The notes beneath the pieces are model-generated. The model saw only the letters and a list, made by a program, of their open reading frames with translations. It was not told the DNA's origin and made no database searches. This document shows, piece by piece, positions 21,814-31,900 of a stretch of DNA of 64,000 nt. Each line of letters opens with the position of its first letter. Position 1 is the first letter of the stretch. The translations under genes and the position numbers were made by a program. The stretch is from Setoptus koraiensis (taxonomy: Eukaryota; Animalia; Arthropoda): the NCBI GenBank assembly GCA_048013815.1, contig CM106585.1, positions 18,538,001-18,602,000 on the forward strand, read 5' to 3'.

Positions 21814-22313
21814 NNNNNNNNNNNNNNNNNNNNNNNNNNNNNNNNNNNNNNNNNNNNNNNNNNNNNNNNNNNNNNNNNNNNNNNNNNNNNNNNNNNNNNN
21901 NNNNNNNNNNNNNNNNNNNNNNNNNNNNNNNNNNNNNNNNNNNNNNNNNNNNNNNNNNNNNNNNNNNNNNNNNNNNNNNNNNNNNNNNNNNNNNNNNNNN
22001 NNNNNNNNNNNNNNNNNNNNNNNNNNNNNNNNNNNNNNNNNNNNNNNNNNNNNNNNNNNNNNNNNNNNNNNNNNNNNNNNNNNNNNNNNNNNNNNNNNNN
22101 NNNNNNNNNNNNNNNNNNNNNNNNNNNNNNNNNNNNNNNNNNNNNNNNNNNNNNNNNNNNNNNNNNNNNNNNNNNNNNNNNNNNNNNNNNNNNNNNNNNN
22201 NNNNNNNNNNNNNNNNNNNNNNNNNNNNNNNNNNNNNNNNNNNNNNNNNNNNNNNNNNNNNNNNNNNNNNNNNNNNNNNNNNNNNNNNNNNNNNNNNNNN
22301 NNNNNNNNNNNNN
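21814..22313. other. Assembly gap (500 N)
   Basis: Run of N; the ORF-track entries spanning it are artefacts. Confidence 1.
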
Positions 22314-22505
22314 GCACTTGTGTTAAAGCCATGTACGATCTAATAGAATATTGTATAGAGGATGATAGTATTATGAGTTCTAAATTCAAATCAAAGTTCT
22401 CGAAGAGTGCCTTGATGGAAAACAGCAACATCTTCATGTTTTATAACTATGTCCAATTATAAGTCTAATAACCAATCTAGTGTCTAACTTTTCTCTATGA
22501 TTTAG

Positions 22506-23384
22506 ATGATCTAGCTTCGTATGATTTCAGCAACAGCCTGCGCACCGTCATATTGGTACCAAGTTATCTTACAGGTGATGAAACTAACTGGGTTGAATCT
22601 ACCAGATTGCATTGGCTTGCAATGGAGGATGTCAACATCATTGATGTGTCGTGGAGCAGTGGAAATCATGGCATTCATTCTAAAGCAGTGGCAGATACAC
22701 CAATAGTTGCGAGACAAATAACCATTCTTTTACATTATCTAGCCCAGTTATATGGACTCAATCTATATATTGAACTCGTTCCAAAAATATATCTCGTAGG
22801 CCACTCTTTGGGTGGTCATATATCTAGTTTCGTCGGTCAAGATTTTCTAGGTCGAATAGGTCGTATAACCGGCTTAAATCCAGCTGGGCCAAGCTTTTGT
22901 TCATAAGATAACAATCAAAGATTGGACCCCAGCGACGCCAAGTATACAGATGTGATTAACACAAACTCTGGCGGCCTAACAACAAGACTCTCATATGGGA
23001 TAACCTGTCCAGTTGGTCACGTGGATTATTATGCGAACGATGGTAGCCGACAACCAGGTAAATTTCCGCTGATATCACACTGCTACTTACTAACTTTGAA
23101 TGTTACTTTGAATAATACACAACCAGTTGCAATTGTTTGTTTTATTTTTTCGATTTAGTTTTTGAATTTCGCCAACAACAGGATGCGAAGTGGTCGTATC
23201 AAATAGTATATGGGCTTGCTCGCACGGCAGATCATTCGAGTTATCTATGAATGTCATCCAAAACACCCTTTACGATATTGAACCCCTGGCGTACTATTGT
23301 GATAGCTATGGTGACTTTTCAAATGGTGTCTACCTGGGCCGAGAGAAATGCCTCAATGACAAGAGAATTTCTCCGCATAGGTGA
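22506..23384 (+). pseudogene. Pancreatic-lipase/phospholipase A1 family pseudogene
   Basis: GHSLG nucleophile elbow (22799..22813), RITGLNPAGP (catalytic Asp position is Asn), in-frame TAA at 22904 plus a frameshift before LDPSDAKYTDVINTN, GHVDYYAN.G..QPG followed by a GT donor, and a later CSHGRS (catalytic His) segment. The sequence ends at the repeat array at 23385. Confidence 0.82.
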
Positions 23385-23450
23385 TCAACCTGTACTGATC
23401 GTCGAATTGTACTGTGCTGATCGTCGAATTGTACTGCGCTGATCGTCGAA
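23385..23450 (+). repeat. Left subterminal array: 3 copies of core (G)CTGATCGTCGAA at 22-bp period
   Basis: Cores at 23395, 23416 and 23438, each spacer containing GTAC. Confidence 0.9.
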
Positions 23451-23619
23451 TTGGCACACGTAACGACATCAAAAACACGTGTGCTATAACACATGTTTGT
23501 TGTAACTTGTGGCGACCCAAGCCGAAAACAACGTCAGTATTATCAATCAGTTCCATATTAATTATTTATTCACACATAAAAACCAAACAGATATCAGTCT
23601 TTAAACGATCAAACAAAAA

Positions 23620-24147
23620 ATGGAGAGCATTTCAATCCCAACTGAGGAATTACCTATTTGTACAATCTGCCAGGAGAAACCTGATCATCCCCACAAGTTA
23701 ACCTGCAGCCACATCTACTGCTATTATTGCATACAGAAACTGGTAAAAGAATCAGTTAACAGTTCAGCCGAATACAATCATCTCAAGCCAAAATGCCCAG
23801 TCTGTCGTAAAATTATCAGTGGATGGAAGCCAATAAACCGTGAGCTCAATACATGGATAGTTGATAAAGTTGTCAGCCATAAAGACCGAGGCAAGGCAAC
23901 AAAATATCTGGTGTCCTGGGCTGTATGTGACCATCCATTTGCACCGAGGAAGAACGTATTAACCTGGGAACCCATGGCCAATCTCAAGGATGTAGGCTCG
24001 ATAGAGGCTATAGAGGATTACCAAGCCAGAAAACATCGCAAAAACCAGGCAAACCATGCACGACGTAAGAAAGGATGTTTAACCGAACCAATTCCAGAAA
24101 CATTGGAGGCCACGGACATTTACGAAAGCTCATCAGAAGACGAATAA
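23620..24147 (+). CDS. RING-HC (C3HC4) finger + chromodomain fusion protein, 175 aa
   Basis: C-x2-C-x11-C-x-H-x2-C-x2-C-x21-C-x2-C RING, then a chromodomain (WIVDKVVSHK...KYLVSW...LTWEPMANL...AIEDY), a basic patch and an acidic end. Strong start context (AAAAATGG), TCAGTC Inr-like motif at 23594, and AATAAA motifs downstream. Confidence 0.82.
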   Translation: MESISIPTEELPICTICQEKPDHPHKLTCSHIYCYYCIQKLVKESVNSSAEYNHLKPKCPVCRKIISGWKPINRELNTWIVDKVVSHKDRGKATKYLVSWAVCDHPFAPRKNVLTWEPMANLKDVGSIEAIEDYQARKHRKNQANHARRKKGCLTEPIPETLEATDIYESSSEDE

Positions 24148-24251
24148 ATATCCTCATCATTATAAAGTAGATTTATAAACTTAAATAAATACTTTTGTGA
24201 AAAAATAAACAAAAAAGGGCCTCACTGTCTTCTCTAATCTCCTCAAGCTCT

Positions 24252-24318
24252 TTCGACGATCAGCAGGTACTTTTTCGACGATCAGCGGGTACTTTTTCCA
24301 CGATCATCAAAGGGTTGA
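24252..24318 (-). repeat. Right subterminal array: 3 inverted copies (TTCGACGATCAGC) at 22-bp period
   Basis: Cores at 24252, 24274 and 24296 (the last with 2 mismatches) are the reverse complement of the left-array core; spacers contain GTAC. Confidence 0.9.
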
Positions 24319-24401
24319 CACGCGTTCGGTCAACAACCTTCATCAATTATCACATAACGTTATTTAATCTAGAATCGCTTTCCATATCGATCTAAACCAC
24401 A

Positions 24402-25311
24402 ATGGCATCTCAAAAGACGAGAGCAAGCCTTCAACGATAATGAAAGGGAGTTGATTAGAGCTCAAGTTAGCTTAGAAAAGCTTAACGTTATCCTCAATTC
24501 GAGCAAGAACGACGTGAAAGCTAGGAATTTGAAAGACAAAGCTTGGAATTTAATTGCATCTAGACTAAACGCAAAAGCTATTGGACCTCCTAGGACGCCA
24601 GATAAGTGTAAAAAATTGTGGGAAAACATCAAGATGTTGGCTAAAAAGAAAGGCGCTGATTATAAAATGCAAGTGAGGAAGACTGGTGGGGGCCCACCAC
24701 CAACTCCACCAACTGATTTCTTATATCAGGTAGCAGCCGAGAATGAGCCTAACTGGGGCGATATTGGATCCAATTTCGATAACGGCGCTGATGTTGACCT
24801 TGGGCCAACATCTAAGCCAGCATCACAGAAGACTGATGGCTTGAATGATGATCAAGAATCAGAATTATTCTCAAAATGGCATGATCTCACGAAAAGAACG
24901 AAAAGAGAGGTTGTAACTGCTGGTTGGATGCGAGATTATCCAGAGTTGGTACAACGAGATCCAAATTATTCGACGATCAGCAGTGGTTCATCTAAAGGAA
25001 CCGAAAAGTCAGATAGCCAGTTTTGGAAAATCAAGCTTGATAATGAGAGGGATCTACATGCTATGCGAACTCGTTCTTTGGCAGTCGAGATTGAAGCTAA
25101 CGAGATGAAAAGGAACTATTATTCGCTCAAGATAAGTCGCCTAGGCAAGCTTGAAGACAAAAGCTCAGCCAGAGATGAGGACGGCGGATCTGTAGGCACT
25201 CTGTCAGAGATTGAGAATATTGAAATGAGCAAATGGGTAACATTTCCACAATCAGCACAAGTCATTTCCACTATCAACTTAGTGCTCACCCTAACCTTAG
25301 TGCGACACTAA
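24402..25311 (+). CDS. Myb/SANT-like (trihelix/MADF-type) DNA-binding protein of PIF/Harbinger type; natural ATG (24402) is out of frame with the main ORF (24451..25311)
   Basis: KDKAWNLIASRLN...RTPDKCKKLWENIKMLAKKK...RKTGGGPP is the typical Harbinger-associated Myb-like signature, followed by a C-terminal coiled-coil-like segment. In-frame KRREQAFNDNERELI precedes the ORF-track start with no in-frame ATG, implying a 5' frameshift. Confidence 0.75.
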
Positions 25312-25325
25312 GCGGCCACTAGCGG

Positions 25326-26450
25326 TCACTTGTAAGTGCGACATGAGAAACTCACCACATGATTGATGAAGGAATTCCTAAGTTGTTTTGCAGCTACAAC
25401 AGAAGGATGAGAATCTATTGAGTTCATTCGACGACTAAAATTTGCTACAACACCTAAATGTTCTCGGCCTTGAATAGAATTAACAACGGTTGAATCTTTG
25501 ATAGTATTCTCAACCATAATACCGAATGTATTGATTGTTTCCTGAAATTTTTGTTCATATTCTAGTATAACTCATTGGAAAAGTGTGGGTGGTATGCTTT
25601 GCCTGCATACTGGGCTTTGACATAGCTACGGAGCCTATTTTGTGTCTTGGATCGCTTCAAGTTTAGAAATTTTTGCAATATACAAGGATTAGAGACGTAG
25701 GAACACTCACTTAGAAAGTGACACCTATCGCCAGTTATTGGATCATTTCTCAACCCTATCATTCAATGTGTCGCACAGGGGGTTCTTGAAATATATGTTT
25801 TGGTTGCACAACTCGACTTGTATGAAACATTGTGAGATGAAATTTGGAATACAATCTCATATCAGCTAGTAAGAAATTCTGTTCAAGTTTGCCAGCGATA
25901 CAGCCAGCACTTTCTGAATTCAACATACCTATCAAATGATCCGTCGCGGGGTGTACCAGCTGGTTTTAATTGATCTGATGAGGTCAAACTGTCTTCTTTG
26001 AAAGATTTGTGGTTCTTGTCTCTCTGAGTGTGTTGATGTTCGGTTACTGATGGCTGATACCGTCGTTCGGCGGCGAAAAAATGTCGAAGCCGTAATGTAA
26101 GATGGTGAATGTATTCGATTCCAACTGGTGAAAAGTTTGATACTAGAGACAATCTATGCGACCCAACAAAAGCCAAGCTGTTTGTGTTAGACCAGATACT
26201 GACAACCCTTCTTTAAGTTACTTGAGATGGTGCGACATTCGCAGGATCGCACACATTTGTTAATTGTTCAAGCTCACAATTACTTGATAATAGGATTTGC
26301 ATTGCATCAATACAATAATTGCTACTGATTTTCATCTCGCGAAACATTGTTTGCAAAATGCTTTTGTCAGATAAAACACTGTGCCGCGGTGCACTAATAA
26401 TTTGTGTGTTTTTTCACAGTAGGAATTGAAAAATGTTGCCAAAGCAAAGA
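25326..26450 (-). pseudogene. Probable heavily decayed Harbinger-type (DDE_Tnp_4/HARBI1-like) transposase, convergent with the Myb-like ORF
   Basis: Fragments in several frames resemble the transposase in the expected order (LSDKSILQTMFREMK; AFVGSHRLS..S..S...IHHLT; ITGDRCHFL..SYVSNP; terminal AAKQLRNSFINHV), with many stops. Similarity was judged by eye only and catalytic residues are not clearly seen. Confidence 0.35.
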
Positions 26451-28854
26451 GGGAGATAATTAGTTTCGTCGATCTATATCATCTGCCTCTACTTTCTGCC
26501 AACAGGTCCAACTCTCTTTGAAGGTTTCCAGGCTTCATTCACCGACACAATCCATTACACAAAGAGTAACAAAGTAATGAGAGTATAGCCAGTAAAGTCA
26601 CTTGCACGTGTGAATAAACATGAAAGACAGCGATATTACCGCAATAGCTGATAAACAGCATCAATTTATTCTTTGATACTTCTTACAAAAATAACCCACA
26701 CTTAAGGTAGCGGAACTCGTAATAACACAACTGACGCACTTGAATGCGGGAATTGTTGCCGCATCGGGCCGATTATCGCCGATTTCGCATTTGCATGTCA
26801 TGCAAATGTGAAATGTGTGAAACAATTTGGCAACATTAGAATTGGCAACACGAGAATTGGCAAGCCGAGCGACTGTGTCGAGGGAGCGCATATCGCACCA
26901 CTAATGGACACACTTGATCATTAGTGGCTAGCTCGGCGCGCTCATCGGCAACGCCGAGTCATTAGCTACTGACAATTGTGAGCGATTGGTGATGTTGGCA
27001 AGCGAACGTTTTGGCGGAGTGTTTTGGCAGAGTGTCTCGGCGCACAGTGATTGTCCCTCGATCAATCTCGGCGCCCGCTTGCCGTGTCACTGGCACACGA
27101 TGCGGCAATTGTTGCAGGGCGATTGTTGTGATTCGCAACTTGTAAGTCACAAGTTGTGAGGCGCAACAACGATTGCGACAACTGTCTGAATTTGTTTGCT
27201 GGCGCGCGACACTTGCCCAAATGTGACAGCGCAACGTCCGTGTGATACGTTACAAATAAATGTATGTCAAATGGGCAACACTTGTATTGCAAGTACAAGT
27301 GTATGTACAAGTATTATGTGCGAGTATTATGTAATAAGCGCGTCACGTGGGCTCCGGCTGCTCCGGTCGAGCGGCCCATGGAGCCTGGTCGGCTGATTGC
27401 GCAACAAATGCAATCAGCCGACCAGCCGCGTAATGCAAATACAAATAGATACTAGCTATACTAGGAGATGGTGTGTTGAGCATGCGACGGGCCGATGCAC
27501 TAATGACTCGTTACTAATAAGTCATTAGTAATGGGACGCGCGAGACCAACAACCTCTCTGTTCAACAGAGTGTGTTGTGCGTCTCGCCTAAACAAACAGC
27601 CGATTGCTATTAACAAATATGCAATTGTGAATGCGATATTACACAAAGATGACACATTATTACAAATCACTGCAAATGCATACTCACAAACTGCAACATT
27701 TGTCAGTACAAATATCATTTGGCAAATTGGACAATCGCGTCTGACAAGCGCGAACCGTCAAGCGACTCGACTCAGATTGTTGCCATTCAGACTGTGCAGA
27801 CTGTATCGGCTGACTGTATCGGCCAACTGGCATCGGCTGACTGGCGAGCGAGCGTTGACCGCGTTCGGTCTGGCAGTTGTTACGGCCGCAGCAGCACACT
27901 GACAGAACGCAACTAGTCACATGACTGGCGCGACACGTTCGAAGGGACAGCTCACTGACAACTCGTGAGTGAGAGTCGACAAGAGTTTGACAACTTTGCA
28001 CTGTGCGCCAAGTTACAAATTACAATTCTCGTCGGATTGCAATTGCAATTTGTATAACTTGTGGGTAATTGTCTCGGCGCGACTGATTGCTCGCTCGTAC
28101 GATCGCTCGCCGACTCAAACCGCCGCTCAGCTACTGTAATACCTAATATCATAGCTAATATAATGGCTAATATAATGGCTAATATAATAGCTGATATAAT
28201 AGCTGATGTAAAGTTTATAGGTGGCAAATCGTTTTTGGCAAGCGAAACGCAATCAAAGTTGGCTGACAGTCGTTATTGATTGACTTTGAGCGAGACGCGA
28301 GCGAGCGAGCGATTTGGCTCGCGAGTCGCTCTGTTTACCCTCTATCTGTATGCCTAGTGTCCGTGTTTGTGCGTCGTGCCTTGCGATTGACACCGATCGC
28401 AAGCCAACAAATATCCGGCTCGCATTTGTGCTGCCTCCGTTTATCCGGCTCTCGCTTGTCGGACTCTCGTTTATCCGGCTCTCGTTTGGGCCGCCGAGGC
28501 TGCCGATTGGCTTGCGACTGGCGGCCAATTGGTTGATAGTCGCAACTCGTTGCCGGCAAGCCAACAACAACAATTACGTCTCGAATTCACCAATTGCCGC
28601 CCGATGCCGCCTGATACGCGCGGCCCGATGCCCATGTCATCAATCATGCGCTGGTTGCGTCGATCGGCAGCGGCCAAACTGTAAACATATTCATGTGTCA
28701 TGTTTGACGGTCGAACGCAAACATGGCAACATTGTCAGCCAATTGAGCCATTCGCATCTCGGGCTATCGATGCGATGGCCGGCGATGGCACCCGAGCGGC
28801 CCAATAATAATAATAATACATGTAATTGTTGTTGTTGCGTCCAATTGTCTCGCC

Positions 28855-28962
28855 AGCGTCCGTCCGAGCGTCCGTCCGAGCGTCTGTCCGAGCGTCCGTC
28901 CGAGCGTCTGTCCGACTGACCGTCTGATTACCCGTCTGATTGCCCGTCTGATTGCCCGTCTG
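28855..28962. repeat. Two adjacent 12-bp tandem arrays (GCGTCCGTCCGA x5; CCGTCTGATTGC x3-4)
   Basis: Directly visible. Confidence 0.9.
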
Positions 28963-31900
28963 GGTGCCTGTGCGTGAGTCCGGCCGCAAATTCGCGTCGC
29001 GTTTGCGCCTCGTCTCGGCCAGCCCGCCACGGAAGGCTCGCCACGGCCATCCAGTCTGATTGATCCAGTATGATTGATCCAGAGCAAAGCGGGCCCAATC
29101 GTGTTGACTGACCCGCTACATTGTAGGACGAATCGGGCGCACTTCGGCGGCCGCCCCAGCGAAACGCCGGCTCCCGTTTGATCGGCGCGCCGGCCGAATC
29201 TACCAAACCCAATTCGAGCCGCCTCATATCTGGACATATAAGCCGACACGGGCCCACAGACGCCGCGACCGGCGTCGTCTCGCATCGCGCCCAAAAGGCG
29301 CCTTGCGAGTCAGTGTGTGTGTGTTGCGTCAGTTGGCTGGCTCAGTTTGCGCTGCCCGAATTTGCGGCGTCGGTTTGCGTTACGTCAGCGTGCTCGGTCA
29401 GTTCGGCCCGGTCGGCCCGGTCGGACCGTCTCGACGCGTCTCGATTTGCTCAATTTATCAGGCGCCGCATCGCTGATTGGCCGCTGACTGGCCTGCGCCG
29501 CCGACTGGCCGCCGCCGCAGCTCCTTGTTGCGCAACGGACAACAAGATTGATCGCATTATTATGCACTTTCGCTTGCTCTCGTTTCGGGCCGCCACTTTG
29601 CGCCGCTCACTAGGCAAGCGACTCTCCTCAACAAGTTGCGGTCTCGCTGGGCCGTGCCTTGGTGCTGATCGGTGCGCGCCAGCAACTTGTTGGTCGCGCG
29701 CTCGCCGGCCATTGGCCAGCGGTCGGTCGCCAGCGGTCAGTGGAAGGCTGGCCGGCGGCAGGTAGAGCCCGGTAGAGTCGGGCAGACGCCGCCCGACGGT
29801 TGGGCGCAAATGGCCACAGTTGGCCGGCCAAACGCTCGCCGGGCCGGCCCACTGTCAGTGGCCAGTGTGACAAGTGTGAGTTGACAAATTGCCGCCAGGC
29901 TATAAATAAACAATAAACGACGAGCTGCTGCGCCGTGCCTGGCCAGCGCTCGCAGCCTCCAGAGCTTATGTAATACTTTTGTAATGTGTGCTTCTGCCAT
30001 CGTCGTCTGGCCAGTCTGGCCAGAGACAAATCGCCGGCTCGACGAGCGAAATCGCTGCTCTGTTAGCTCTGTCCAGCTATCAGCGTCCAGTGACAGAGCT
30101 GACAGGGGCCACAACGGCGACCGTTCGGCGAGCTGGCCAACGCCGCCCGACTGCACACAGGTGAATGGTAGCCAGGCGAAAATGGAGCGAACCGTTTGAC
30201 GGACTCGCACTTGACAGGTCGCCTTGACTCCAGTTGACCGGCCCGACATGCGCCGCGCCGCGCAAACCCGTCACATCGTGTGAGTCACATGCCGCCAATC
30301 CTGCAATATCCGCGCCGTACCCGCAATATGGCGCCACACATGCCATATCGGGCTTTGTATGCTGCGCGGACACTGCATCGCAACAACAAAACAGCACGCG
30401 GGTGGCCGGGTAACGCGGGTAACGCGGATAACAGGTAGCGCGGGCAACAGGTAACAAACATGAGGTAACAAACATGAGGTAACGAACGAGCCGGGCAGGT
30501 GTGAGCCGCGGCCGGCTGGCGGCGACTCATCTGCATATTATATCCAATCATAACGCATGTGATAATCGAGTCGGCCAATTAGCCGGCTCGTCGGAGCTGG
30601 CCGGTGCAATCGCTTCCTTTTGGCCGCCCCGCCGCTCCGAATTCCGACATAATTAATATAGCGGCGGCATTGGCGAGCGCGATGGCGATCAAACAATCTC
30701 GCTCGCTGGCGCCAGTGGTTATATTATTTTATCACTGCGCGCCGTTCGCTGGGTCGCCATTCTCTCCAATTGCGCTCGTTCTCTGCGTCCGCTCTTTCGA
30801 GTTTTCCCGTCCGCTCCATTCCGCCCGCTCTTCTCAACGGCCAGTCGGTCGCTCGGACGCTCGTCGGCCGGCCAGTCGCTCGTTGTGCAGCCGCCAAGCG
30901 GCCGTTATTACTCGCTTATTATGGCGAGCCCGTCAGTCCATTCTCGTTAGTCTATTTGTGCAGCCATCAAGCCTCACGCCTGTCGCTGCTGCCCGTCTTG
31001 CCAAGACTGTCTTGCCGGAGCCGATCGGCTGGCCAACAAGCGATTCTATCGATTGGCCAGTGACTGGTTTGAGCCGCCGTCATCACCATTGGCTCAGCGA
31101 ATGTCCGAACGGCGGATGTTCGGCGCCCGTTTCTCACCTGTGTGTGTGTGCCTACGAGAGTGTAGAAACTACAAGAGTGTGTGTGTTTAATGCTAATTCA
31201 GGCGAACAGCAGCGTCCGTCGGCCATCGCCGACTTATCCGCAGTTTCGCCGGCCCGACAGCCCACTGGCCAATCAGTCAGACGGTTGGTCGGTCGATCAG
31301 TTGATCGACGGCGGCCAACCGACGGGCCGGTGGCGGCAGCGCAAACATGAAGCAAACATGGCGTTTTTGTGCGCCGGCCGCAATACGCAAAAATGCTGCC
31401 GTCCGCTATGGACAAATCGCACACCGCAATCGGCTGACGCTGTTAGTCGCAAGTTGCGACTCGCAACCCAAATTGATTGTTTCGTCGGCAGATTGATTAT
31501 TAATCAATTTTAATTGATTGAGCCGTATCCAGCGCCGTTCGTGCCACTGGCCAGCACAGGTAATTAAGGTGCCACTTAGCTTTGGCCAGCCCTCTGCAGC
31601 TATATAACTTGCCCGGAAAGCCGGCCGATATTCGTAGCTCGCCAAAGAATGCCGGCCGAACTGAGCCGACTGAGCCGAAATCGGCCCGACCGACGGTGAG
31701 CGAGCGGCGGGCCCTCGCAGGGCACGATCGCAATTGGCCAGAATTGGCCACAATCACTATTACAGAATCTGGCCAATCTGGCAAGCGAAACGCACAATGG
31801 CGGCCGGATAACAATGATAACAACGAGCATTAATAATGCAATTTTTTGGCCTGCCAACAATTGGCGAACCGCCGGACAAGATGGCCCAACGGTAGAGAAA

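Larger units (their letters stand above)
23385..26600. mobile_element. PIF/Harbinger-like transposon region with RING-chromodomain cargo; right boundary undefined
   Basis: Myb-like ORF plus a convergent transposase-like remnant, inverted motif arrays, an exact 13-mer array core inside the Myb ORF (24969..24981), and interruption of the lipase gene. No clean TIR/TSD pair identified. Confidence 0.55.

Noticed and set aside
21689-22462. ORFs with long X runs
   Set aside because: Artefacts of translating through the 500-N gap.
23395-23450. Regularly spaced repeats as a CRISPR array
   Set aside because: Eukaryotic context, 22-bp total period with near-identical spacers, and no cas genes.
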